From Candidatus Thorarchaeota archaeon (lineage in GTDB: Archaea; Asgardarchaeota; Heimdallarchaeia; Hodarchaeales; Hodarchaeaceae): a stretch of 32,000 bases of DNA. The translations under genes were made by a program, and so were the position numbers. Below, piece by piece: positions 16,134-25,695 of the stretch (position 1 is the first letter of the stretch; each line of letters starts with the position of its first letter). A model generated the notes under the pieces. The model was not told the origin of the DNA. It was given only the letters and a program-made list of their open reading frames with translations, and searched no databases. The stretch covers positions 80,193-112,192 of the forward strand of contig JBHLRO010000004.1 in the NCBI GenBank assembly GCA_048882505.1, written 5' to 3'.

Positions 16134-19127
16134 ATGTTCACAATAACGTTCCCTGTTTCCCGTCCCAAAGCAGGTAGGAATTATCACTGGTGTCTGCCAA
16201 ACCTTGCTACATATAAGAATCCCGTTCCTAGCAAGAAGCGTGATCCCCACTTGAAATCACCTGATAAGAATGTGATTGATGGGTTTTATCGTACATTAAT
16301 CGATACACGAGAGTTTCTACTGCAAAATTTGTCCGGAATCGACGATCATCGATCTGGACGCGAATATATTAACCAATTAATAATGCAGCTGGTCTTTCTT
16401 CGAATCCTCCAAGAAATTTGCTTATTAAATGAAAATCAGAATTTCCTCATTACAAATTTCAAACGTAACATACAGATTAATCATTTCAACAGCTTTCTTG
16501 ATCTTTTTCGGCATTATTTTTCCGTATTCCAAGGACGAGAATCCCCCCTTCATGAAACATTTCAGTATCCCGATTTCCCAACATATTTTCCTATCTGGAG
16601 TTCATCCAATATCCCATCTATTCCTGATTTTTGCTTTTATGAAGAACAGGAATCGGAAAATTCTAGACGAATAACTCCCATTCCGCTTTTAAATCTATTA
16701 GAATCGCTGGATTGGGATCAAATCCAAGATCATTCATTTTTTTTTGGAGCTTTATATGAAAAGATAATTACTCAAAGCGAGAAAAAAAGTTCGGGATCAT
16801 ATTATACTCCCCAATCAGTCGCAGAGTTCATTTGCAATCGAACTTTAGAGCTTTTTTTTCTTTCAGACCTTAATTCTCGTTTTTCTAACGATTTTCAAAC
16901 AATGGAAGAGTATTTTTCATCTGTTCCCGAAGCCGCCAGAATGCATTATCTTGGTTACCTCCAAGAACGCCTTCAGAAAATTACAATTCTAGATCCTGCA
17001 ATGGGTACAGGACACTTTTTAGAATGTAGTGCTCGCAAGCTATTACAATATTATAAAATGATCACGGATTCTTCTCGGGGAGGCGAAGACAAATTATATG
17101 ATTCCTATTCTCTGTTAAGTACCGTTATTCTCCCTAAAAATCTATATGGAGTAGACAATGACCCCTTAGCGGTGCAGATCTCCAAAGTTCGTATGTTCTT
17201 GTTTTTAGTGTCATTCTTGAGTGATGAAAGCTCAATATCTAAGAGTTCAAAAAATATAGATCAAATATTCGACCATTTCAAAGTGGGTGATGCCCTTGCG
17301 GGCTTTGTCTCACGAAATAGCAAAAGTTCATCTGATTTATCTTCCTATTTCAGTTCCTCTGCTGACGATACAGACTACTCCAAGAATGAAAATCTGGCGT
17401 TGGAGTTTGTCCGCCAATACCGTTTGAAAAGAAAAAAACCATTGAAAATCGAGTTTTTTCACTGGTTCAACGCATTCCCAGATATATTTCCAGAAGGAAT
17501 TGAAGTAAGAGGTTTTGATGTGATAATCGCTAATCCTCCTTATCTTGGAGAAAGCGGGAACAAAGAGTTATTCCGTACTTACGCAAAAATGCTACCAAGA
17601 TATTATGAGGGAAAAATGGATCTTTGGTACTTATTTCAACACCGTATCATTGATCTACTAGCCCAAAATGGATTTGCGACGACTCTTGCCTCCAATTACT
17701 GGTTAACAGCAAGTGGAGCAAATTATCTTCGACGTAGAATAATGGATGAAACCGCTATCATCGAATACATTAATTTCGCGGATAATAAGGTTTTCAGCAA
17801 TGCCCAAGGGATTCATACTAATATTATAACCATAAAACGCGGGAGAGTAGAAAACAACATAATTCAATGCATCCTCTTTGATAAAACCTATCCATCTGAA
17901 GCTAACCTTATTGCCAAGATTAAAAATCAGCTGAGGTTTGAACTTCCACAAAATAAATTGGTATTTGATCAATGGGATACCTATTTCCACTTCTTACCAG
18001 AGGATATAGGTAATACTATACAAAAAATAATTGCAAACTCAAAACCACTTAAAAAATGTGGTTTTTACGTGAAAGAAGGGATCGTAACAGGACTAAACAA
18101 AATTTCAAGAAATCAAATAAATAATCATAACTTTCCTAAAAGCTGGCATGGTAGAGGGGTTTTTATTCTGGATCAGACAAAGCCTACAGATCTTGACACC
18201 ATTAGATCTTTTGCTGCCAAGGAGCTAGAATTTCTAAAACCCTTCTACAAGAGTTCGGATATTTTCAAATTCTCAACCCAAATCAGCACAAAAAAACGAA
18301 TCCTATATTTGACGAGAAAAACAAGAAACTTCGAAAAGTTACCTAATATCGAAAGACATCTGAGGAAATTTGGTAAAGCTCTAGCGGCCTCATTAGATAA
18401 CCCGCCGTATCTGAACCGTCCTCGTGAACAGAGGATTTTTTCCAGTCCGAAGATCGTTACTCCTCAACGTACGCCGGCTTTAAGATTTGCATATAATACA
18501 TTCGATTGGTACGGTGGCCAAGATATCTACTTCATACGATCTTTCGGATCTGAGGACGGAGAAAGACTAAAAGGACTCCTATTGCTTTTAAATTCTAAAT
18601 TAGCTCATTTCTGGTTCTATTGGATGGGGAAACGCAAAGGAAAACTGTTGGAAATGTTCGGCGATCCACTGGGATATTTCCCAATTCCAGTTAAAACTAA
18701 TTTTGGCTTTTTAGCAATGATATCAGAATATTTACTTTTTTTAAATTCTTTAGAGGCGAATGAAGGCCTTAAACAACAGATAAGCGATTTTTTTCAAAAA
18801 ATAGCAGATTTCATTGTCATAGAGTTATATTTGCGTCCTCATAACTCGAGGTTTTCAACCTACATAGCCAAGAGGCTTATACCAATTGACTATAGACGGT
18901 GGGAATCCCTCCACTATGAGGTTCAGCAAACTTGGGGTAACATGAGGAATGTTCCTGATGATTACTCTCAAGCCAAGCGTAAATATTTTCAAATAATTCT
19001 GGACGCTCATTCGTCTATTCAAGAAGATGGGGTTTTTCACCAATTATTAGATGAATTCAGAAATAATATGCATGGTTTAAAACTTCCCCGACATCCAATA
19101 CTTCTAGATGATTTTAGCCTTAACTAG
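16134..19127 (+). CDS. Eco57I/type IIG-like N6-adenine DNA methyltransferase with target-recognition domain; no nuclease domain recognised
   Basis: GSYYTP, ILDPAMGTGHFL, NLYGVD, GFDVIIANPPY (17532-17543) and a TaqI-C-like region (PKIV...LLLLLNSKL). Start uncertain; TTG at 16251 is possible. Confidence 0.88.
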   Translation: MFTITFPVSRPKAGRNYHWCLPNLATYKNPVPSKKRDPHLKSPDKNVIDGFYRTLIDTREFLLQNLSGIDDHRSGREYINQLIMQLVFLRILQEICLLNENQNFLITNFKRNIQINHFNSFLDLFRHYFSVFQGRESPLHETFQYPDFPTYFPIWSSSNIPSIPDFCFYEEQESENSRRITPIPLLNLLESLDWDQIQDHSFFFGALYEKIITQSEKKSSGSYYTPQSVAEFICNRTLELFFLSDLNSRFSNDFQTMEEYFSSVPEAARMHYLGYLQERLQKITILDPAMGTGHFLECSARKLLQYYKMITDSSRGGEDKLYDSYSLLSTVILPKNLYGVDNDPLAVQISKVRMFLFLVSFLSDESSISKSSKNIDQIFDHFKVGDALAGFVSRNSKSSSDLSSYFSSSADDTDYSKNENLALEFVRQYRLKRKKPLKIEFFHWFNAFPDIFPEGIEVRGFDVIIANPPYLGESGNKELFRTYAKMLPRYYEGKMDLWYLFQHRIIDLLAQNGFATTLASNYWLTASGANYLRRRIMDETAIIEYINFADNKVFSNAQGIHTNIITIKRGRVENNIIQCILFDKTYPSEANLIAKIKNQLRFELPQNKLVFDQWDTYFHFLPEDIGNTIQKIIANSKPLKKCGFYVKEGIVTGLNKISRNQINNHNFPKSWHGRGVFILDQTKPTDLDTIRSFAAKELEFLKPFYKSSDIFKFSTQISTKKRILYLTRKTRNFEKLPNIERHLRKFGKALAASLDNPPYLNRPREQRIFSSPKIVTPQRTPALRFAYNTFDWYGGQDIYFIRSFGSEDGERLKGLLLLLNSKLAHFWFYWMGKRKGKLLEMFGDPLGYFPIPVKTNFGFLAMISEYLLFLNSLEANEGLKQQISDFFQKIADFIVIELYLRPHNSRFSTYIAKRLIPIDYRRWESLHYEVQQTWGNMRNVPDDYSQAKRKYFQIILDAHSSIQEDGVFHQLLDEFRNNMHGLKLPRHPILLDDFSLN

Positions 19128-19140
19128 AATCCTAGATGGA

Positions 19141-20157
19141 TTACAACACTGATACTGAGGAGTACTCCTCTAAACATGGGCTATTTCCGCAGACTTCAAC
19201 TAAATTAGCGCCCAGATTCGCGACCCATGACCATAATGTTCCTGCTTCACCATTGTGATCACAGATGCCGTACTCATGACTGCGAAGGATCGATTTAACC
19301 GAATTAATGGTAATTGGCCAATTTTGGGTTCTATACCATTTATCAATTCCTTCTAGGCGCGTAAACGTCGTGTGCGCATTTGCTGGTGTAATTTCCACCT
19401 CGTATTTCTTCATTTTTTTCGATTGAAAATGATTAGTGGCAATCATAAATTCATCATGGGCAAGAGAAGTTTCTACAGATTCAGGAGTTGCTTCCACGCG
19501 AGCACTGGCTCCACTACTGTCTGCAATGAGAAATATATAGGCCTCACTAAGTGGAACCTTTTCTAGGAAGCCGACAGCTTCCTCTACATCACGAAAATTG
19601 TCCAAAATCCATCGAATGGCCATATTTAACATGATTTGGGGTTTTACCTGTCCATTATAATATGCAGCCAATGTACACCCTACTGCTAGACCACATTCGT
19701 TCATTCCCCCAAAACCCCCAACAAAATGGTCCGTTAACAGAATACTTCTTAGTTTGTTCTTAGGAGATATCTTATGCAAGCTGAAATACTGTTGAGCTTC
19801 TTTTAACCAATCATAATTTCTTGCGAAAATCGGGTTTTCCATTTGTGTATCTTTACCTGGAATTAAAAAGACTGTACAGCGCTGAAGGTAATTAGGTTTA
19901 TAATAATCCTTAACATGGGAACAATCGTATAGAATAATTCCATTCAAGTCTTCCTTTTTGAGTCTAGCTGCATCAGCTATTCCTTGAAGTTCCTCTAATA
20001 GATCGGGTGTGAATTCCTCCATGTATTTCTCACAATTAGAGGCCCATTTAGTTTTCTTGGGATTTGCGGGGGGAAGAACCAGTATCTCTCTGAGTCTTGC
20101 TCCTTGTTGGACTCCCATTTCATAGTATGATCCACTGAAATATGACTTGTCGATCAC
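19141..20157 (-). CDS. C45-family Ntn hydrolase (acyl-CoA:6-APA acyltransferase-like)
   Basis: GSYYEMGVQQG, predicted nucleophile Cys in QR|CT (19876-19878), ARNYDW, GMNECGL, TNHF; GTG start. Confidence 0.88.
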   Translation of the reverse strand: MIDKSYFSGSYYEMGVQQGARLREILVLPPANPKKTKWASNCEKYMEEFTPDLLEELQGIADAARLKKEDLNGIILYDCSHVKDYYKPNYLQRCTVFLIPGKDTQMENPIFARNYDWLKEAQQYFSLHKISPKNKLRSILLTDHFVGGFGGMNECGLAVGCTLAAYYNGQVKPQIMLNMAIRWILDNFRDVEEAVGFLEKVPLSEAYIFLIADSSGASARVEATPESVETSLAHDEFMIATNHFQSKKMKKYEVEITPANAHTTFTRLEGIDKWYRTQNWPITINSVKSILRSHEYGICDHNGEAGTLWSWVANLGANLVEVCGNSPCLEEYSSVSVL

Positions 20158-20467
20158 CCTAGTATCTCCTATTTATCCGAACAAAGGTTTATGAACAGGA
20201 TTGTACATGATTCGATTTAGAATCTCGAAATTTTCATGTTTTTAAAGCTTAAGTTCCCAGTACGAATTTAAATCTTGTTTCATTAGAGGTGTACATATCC
20301 AACTGGCCCTCATTTGATAAGACTCACTTTTGTGGTATCCCTAGATACGTTTTGAATCTTCAACTCACACAAAACCTTCAGATAAATATTCAGAATCGCA
20401 AATCAATAATCGATACTCGGACACTGCAGGAATCAAAAACCTCTAAATACGATAAAAGAGGCATTGG

Positions 20468-22195
20468 ATGAGGTTCTTCAAATTGCGGAAGAAACTGATC
20501 TTGTACATATCGTGTTTAATTTTGCTAATTGGTATGAGTTTCGCTCCCACACGAACGTTGGCTTACAATAGGAGTTATAAATTCTCATTCTCACACACCC
20601 ATTATGATAGAGACTGGGAATCTATTTCCCTGATCTATCCTGACCAATATCATACACCTGAGGAATTGATTGAGGAACTAGAACAAGTAAATAGTACGGC
20701 ACCTGGAATAGTTGACCTCTTTTCAATTGGGAGTAGCTTCGAAGGAAGGGAGATTTATTGTGTCCGAATAACAAATGAAAACAATACTGGTCACAAACCT
20801 GGAACGTTGATAATAGGTCAACATCATGCCCGTGAGCAGATTACCATGGAGATGGCACTCCGGTTTATTCTCCGTCTTGTAAATGAGTATGATACCAACA
20901 ATGAGATTTCCGAACTTATCGATATGCAACAGATTTACATTATTCCGACACTCAATCCTGATGGTTTACATTATGTGGTTGGGAACAAGACAATACCTGG
21001 GGATCCGTGGCTACGAAAGAATGCACGCCAATTTGATGACGATGGTGATGGATTGTTTGATGAGGATGCTCCTGAGGACTTGAACTCCGACGGAATCATT
21101 TCTGGTTATGATGTGTACACAAAATCAGGGAACAATTGGGTGTACATCTATTCATATTGGGAGGGAAATGATACGGATAACGATGGAGAGGTCAATGAAG
21201 ACCCAATTGGAGGTGTAGATCTCAATAGGAATTATGATTACCGATGGAATGATTCCACGCTTGATTCTGGCTGGGGTCGTGATACAAGAGGTGAAGATTA
21301 TCCAGGCAGTGCTCCTTTCTCGGAACCCGAAACAATGGCGCTTAGAGCCTTTTTAGAAGGAAAGTCGTTTGCTACCGCGATGTCATTACATTCTGGGATC
21401 AATCAAACCTATTTTCCCTGGGGTTCAACTGGAGCATGGGCTGAACACGATCTGTATACATCTATATATAGTGATTTTCGAACGTTCCTACCGCCAGGAT
21501 ATTTAGCCTATATCAATTACGGTTTTGGAATTGGATATACAATAGCCGGCGACTGGGCCGACTGGATGTATGATTTCAAGGAGTGCCTTGTACCCATGAC
21601 CTTCGAACTCTATCATAATAGATCATCGACATATCAGGTTGAGAAAGAAAACGATTCTGTTAGAATTGAACGTCTGGATGATATTTATGGGTACTTTAAT
21701 CCCACTGGAACTTTCATTCCCTCACTTTGGGAGGATATCAAGCTTGCTTTCGATTACTGGTTAGAACTAACGCCGCGTTTGCTTGTCACAAGCTATTCCG
21801 CAATAGGTGGCAATAAGACAGGTGATACCTTGAGTATACGAATCACCGTTAGGAACCTCAGCCCCTGGGTCCCTACCGTTAAAGGTATAACAGTAGTGGA
21901 TGATAACTTCGATAGTATCAGAGACACGGCCGGGTCAACTGTCACTATGGTTGGAATTGAAGGTGGAAAAACCACAGATCTGTCATTTAATATATTTTTG
22001 GAGTCAGATCTAGGCTCTGACAATGAACTAACCTTTTTGATTGGCAATAGATTTGTCGGATGGGCTCCGATTGTAATAACGGCAGAATTGATTACGAGTT
22101 CACAATCGTCCCCTTTCGAGGTTATGGCCATGATGGCGGCCCTCCCCTTACTGATTCTGTTTCAAAAGAAATTAAAAAAGAAAGAACTTCAATAA
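20468..22195 (+). CDS. Secreted M14 zinc carboxypeptidase with DxDxDG Ca-binding inserts and C-terminal membrane anchor
   Basis: Signal peptide; HARE, RKN, GVDLNRNY, FSEPET, SLHS, TFEL; C-terminal SPFE + hydrophobic helix + KKLKKK. Confidence 0.92.
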   Translation: MRFFKLRKKLILYISCLILLIGMSFAPTRTLAYNRSYKFSFSHTHYDRDWESISLIYPDQYHTPEELIEELEQVNSTAPGIVDLFSIGSSFEGREIYCVRITNENNTGHKPGTLIIGQHHAREQITMEMALRFILRLVNEYDTNNEISELIDMQQIYIIPTLNPDGLHYVVGNKTIPGDPWLRKNARQFDDDGDGLFDEDAPEDLNSDGIISGYDVYTKSGNNWVYIYSYWEGNDTDNDGEVNEDPIGGVDLNRNYDYRWNDSTLDSGWGRDTRGEDYPGSAPFSEPETMALRAFLEGKSFATAMSLHSGINQTYFPWGSTGAWAEHDLYTSIYSDFRTFLPPGYLAYINYGFGIGYTIAGDWADWMYDFKECLVPMTFELYHNRSSTYQVEKENDSVRIERLDDIYGYFNPTGTFIPSLWEDIKLAFDYWLELTPRLLVTSYSAIGGNKTGDTLSIRITVRNLSPWVPTVKGITVVDDNFDSIRDTAGSTVTMVGIEGGKTTDLSFNIFLESDLGSDNELTFLIGNRFVGWAPIVITAELITSSQSSPFEVMAMMAALPLLILFQKKLKKKELQ

Positions 22196-22272
22196 TCAAA
22201 GACAAAATTCAATTTGATAAAGAAAGATAGTTCCATTTAGCCCCATAGCTGCGTCCTACTTTGTTAGTGGGA

Positions 22273-23028
22273 TTAAACAGGTGTGGCATTGATTTGTCGT
22301 ACCATTAGTGGCAAAAAAACGCCAGATTTGGCTTCAATACGAATGTCTGCCATGTGATCTAGTTCTGTTACCCCCTCATTAATAATGATAACCTGACTTC
22401 CCGATTGCTTCGCCAGAATGGGGAAATTGGCCGCAGGGAAGACACTTAAAGACGATCCGATGACAAGCATGACATCACATTGTCGTGAGTGATGTTCAGA
22501 TTGTCGCATCTCTCGTTCGGGCATCGGGTCATTGAAGTTCACCACAGAAGAGATTAAGCGGCCATTGCAAGCGGGACATCGGGGTTGACCATTAATCGGT
22601 TTCTCCGTGCGAAATCCAGTGCCATGTATCTTGTTGTCCCATTTCACCCTATTTTTGGCATAACGCTCGTCACAATCCAAGCATTTTAACAAACCGTAAT
22701 TACCGTGCAATTCTGCTAGCATTGAACTCGGAACTCCTGATTTAAGATGGAGATTGTCTACATTTTGGGAGATTACAAATTTTAGAATTCCTAGTTTGCA
22801 TAATTCAAAAAGAGCAAAATGCCCAGGATTAGGTTTCGTTACCTCAATGGGTTGTGCAGACTGGGGTGGTGGGAGACCTCGGTCCCGTCGTGTCCACACT
22901 CCTTCAGGACCACGGTAATCAGGGAGCCCTGATTCTGTGGAAATCCCCGCTCCAGTAAAAGCCACTAAGTATTTGGATTTCCTAACAATATCGGCTACTC
23001 GTTCTACATCATCAGAAGTAAATGCCAT
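22273..23028 (-). CDS. Sir2-family NAD-dependent deacylase with class IV (SIRT6-like) short helical region
   Basis: GAGISTESGLPDYRG, SQNVDNLH, ELHGN, CxxC...CxxC zinc site, GSSLSVFPA. Confidence 0.93.
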   Translation of the reverse strand: MAFTSDDVERVADIVRKSKYLVAFTGAGISTESGLPDYRGPEGVWTRRDRGLPPPQSAQPIEVTKPNPGHFALFELCKLGILKFVISQNVDNLHLKSGVPSSMLAELHGNYGLLKCLDCDERYAKNRVKWDNKIHGTGFRTEKPINGQPRCPACNGRLISSVVNFNDPMPEREMRQSEHHSRQCDVMLVIGSSLSVFPAANFPILAKQSGSQVIIINEGVTELDHMADIRIEAKSGVFLPLMVRQINATPV

Positions 23029-23048
23029 TCTAGACCATCTATGAGGTT

Positions 23049-24692
23049 CTAAACCGCCTCTGAAATCTTTATATCAAAGAGTCTCCGTAAATAATGGATT
23101 GGTAGACCTCCATTACGGATAATAGTATTATGAAAGAATTTATCCGTATATGCGTCTCCCATTTTTGCCTTGATTTCGTCACGTAGCTCCAAAATCATGA
23201 ATTTACCCAAAAGATAAGAAAATTGATATCCGGGTGTAGCAGTGTATCGTTTCAATTCCGCCACCACGGCGGGTTCAGCCATCCCGATTTCTTTCATCAT
23301 CATCATTTTGGCCTCCTCAAAAGTCATTTGCCCCGTAGACAATTTGATATCGACAATGATTCTAATAGCTCGCCACAACTGGTCTATCAGTTGAATAAAG
23401 ACTCCTTTTTTATCAAGGAACCCCTTTTCTGCCATCAACTGCTCACAATAATGCGCCCAGCCTTCAATAGTTTCGGTTCCAGACACTATGCTCCGTATCA
23501 GACTCGGTTGAAGATTTCCCGAGGCAAGTTGAAGATGATGTCCAGGATACCCTTCGTGGACAGCGGTGTTTTTGCAAGATGCGTAGCTGTGTTCTTTTAA
23601 CATCTCTTCGTTTCCTTCTGTTGGTGTCACGACATATTGGCCAACCTGAACCTTTGCAAACTTTTCTGGGGTAAAATAGGCTGCAAATGGAATAATCGGG
23701 ATTAGAAACGTAGGTGTAGGAATCACTTGGAGTTGTTCATTATCGGGTACATCCATAAGTTCGTGATCAATCACAAATGCCCTGGCTTCTTTCGTCAACT
23801 CCACCACATGTTCTAGAACCATTTCAAAGGATGGAGGATGATCCTCCTTAATAACCTCTCTTACCTCGTCCAGAGTCTTTCCGGGATAAAGTTCGTTCGC
23901 TAGTTCCTTTAGTTGGGTTTTAGTGTCGATTAAAGCCTGCTCTCCGATCTTTAGGATTTCAGCCGGAGTTTTGCCAATTTTCCTCAATGCAACCAATCTT
24001 GCGAATTTCTGAGGGCCAATTACCCAATCGTGAGTTGCCTTGGGTAAAATTTCATTTTTAATCCAGTAAGCATAGGTTTGGATCGCCTCAGTTGCTCCAG
24101 AAATTACTTCAACCAGTTCTCTGTGTAATTCAGGTTTTATTTGTGGCTTTAATGTTTGTTGAATAATTTGGAAGAAGCCTATCGTTGTTTCCCCCTCCTC
24201 GATTGCAATTCCCGTCCATAATTTCACTGGATATAGCCAGAGTGATTTTGTTTCTTCCAGATAGCGCGGGACAGCTTTTAGTCTGGAAATCATTGCTCTT
24301 ACTCTTGTTTCGACTGGAGCGAAATCTCGAACATATAGCGGGTATAAGGCATTCCCTATTTCGCCAATGGGTCCCTGCGCTGTCGCTCCCGCAGCCCACG
24401 AAGCTAATTCGGTCATCTCGAAAAACTGGAGATTTAGAAAATATTCAACTAAATCGTAATCAAGTTTGCCGTGATCAGATAACGAATCATAATCCAAACT
24501 CTCCAATTTTTGCCTAGATTCAAGGAATACTGAAATATCAGCAAGCATTGCCCCTAATGTTCCATCGGGCAACAAATGATCAAATTTTTCATGCTTGTAG
24601 CCCAGGTAGGTGGCAAATGTGGGGAATCTCTCCATAAATATTTCGAAGAATTCCTGAAATAACGCCTCCAGCCTCTTGTCTTCGTCACTCAT
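23049..24692 (-). CDS. DUF885-family metallopeptidase-like protein
   Basis: HEGYPGHHLQ, EGWAHYCE, LWRAIRIIVD, RYTATPGYQFSY. Confidence 0.9.
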   Translation of the reverse strand: MSDEDKRLEALFQEFFEIFMERFPTFATYLGYKHEKFDHLLPDGTLGAMLADISVFLESRQKLESLDYDSLSDHGKLDYDLVEYFLNLQFFEMTELASWAAGATAQGPIGEIGNALYPLYVRDFAPVETRVRAMISRLKAVPRYLEETKSLWLYPVKLWTGIAIEEGETTIGFFQIIQQTLKPQIKPELHRELVEVISGATEAIQTYAYWIKNEILPKATHDWVIGPQKFARLVALRKIGKTPAEILKIGEQALIDTKTQLKELANELYPGKTLDEVREVIKEDHPPSFEMVLEHVVELTKEARAFVIDHELMDVPDNEQLQVIPTPTFLIPIIPFAAYFTPEKFAKVQVGQYVVTPTEGNEEMLKEHSYASCKNTAVHEGYPGHHLQLASGNLQPSLIRSIVSGTETIEGWAHYCEQLMAEKGFLDKKGVFIQLIDQLWRAIRIIVDIKLSTGQMTFEEAKMMMMKEIGMAEPAVVAELKRYTATPGYQFSYLLGKFMILELRDEIKAKMGDAYTDKFFHNTIIRNGGLPIHYLRRLFDIKISEAV

Positions 24693-24816
24693 AATTTTTC
24701 AAATCCGCTAGAATTTCACAGAGAAAGATCCTTGTATAGAAAGATCCCCAAATCGGACACCTGAAAAGCTTTTTTACACGGGCAATCATTCTTAGGTTTC
24801 AAAGGATTCGGTAAAA

Positions 24817-25689
24817 ATGGAATCTCAACAGGGGTTATTACCAGAATTACTTCAGATTCAGCAAATCGTAATAGAGAGTCCAAATAACCTTCCAAAGGAC
24901 AAGACAAAACGATTTTGGTGGATCGTAGGTAGAATTAAACGTCAATCCGCACCTGATCCACAACTTGTTAAAGTAGCTGCGGACATACGGGATCGCTTGT
25001 ACCTTGCACGACTTGGCCCCACGAAACCAATACGGATTGTATTACCTCTCTGGACAGGTTTTGGTTTAGGGATCATCGGAATAGTCCTAATGTTTTCGGT
25101 TCCTGATCTGGTATTACTTGCGTCGATAACATCTGTGATTTTCACAGTATTCTTTTCTTTAGGATTTATTTGGATAATAGGTCTAGGCAGAAGGATAGCA
25201 TCAATCTTATTCGCTGCTCTAGTAGGAGGTACTATCATAATTGATGTGATTTTAGGGCTGATCTCCCTTGAATTACTAGCTTTTGCCAATCAATTTTTGC
25301 TATTTGCTGTAATTCCTTGCTTCTATTTGCATGGACGCTATATAGGTGGGCTTATTGCAAGAATAAGGTTTGACGGAGTCAGTCGTGATGTTTTTTATCT
25401 CCCAACATTGAAAATCAACTATGAAAGTTATTTATTGGCGTCTCCTCCCTCACGTCAGTGGATCTTCCTCTTTGGTGGTCTGGGAACAGTAGTGACATCG
25501 TTTTTGGTGGCCGTTATACAATTCTTGGTATTTGGCGTTCCCTGCCTCGTTATCGTGCCAATTATGCTGCTGGTTGGGGAGATCCTTGATTATCTGAACC
25601 TTGCTGGAAGCTTGGGTGGTGGGGAATTTAACCACCTTCGTCGAGAAAGAAGGATAATCAAAGATTGGAAAGCCAAACAAATACCGTAA
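24817..25689 (+). CDS. Membrane protein, probably a degenerate M50-like homolog
   Basis: Several TM helices; CFYLHGRYIG where HExxH would be expected; YESYLLASPPSR...GG segment. Confidence 0.55.
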   Translation: MESQQGLLPELLQIQQIVIESPNNLPKDKTKRFWWIVGRIKRQSAPDPQLVKVAADIRDRLYLARLGPTKPIRIVLPLWTGFGLGIIGIVLMFSVPDLVLLASITSVIFTVFFSLGFIWIIGLGRRIASILFAALVGGTIIIDVILGLISLELLAFANQFLLFAVIPCFYLHGRYIGGLIARIRFDGVSRDVFYLPTLKINYESYLLASPPSRQWIFLFGGLGTVVTSFLVAVIQFLVFGVPCLVIVPIMLLVGEILDYLNLAGSLGGGEFNHLRRERRIIKDWKAKQIP

Positions 25690-25695
25690 CTTCAG

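Noticed and set aside
20289-20471. 60-aa ORF whose stop overlaps the M14 start (ATGA)
   Set aside because: The overlap could imply coupling, but the peptide has no motif and no SD separate from its GTG; cannot be supported.
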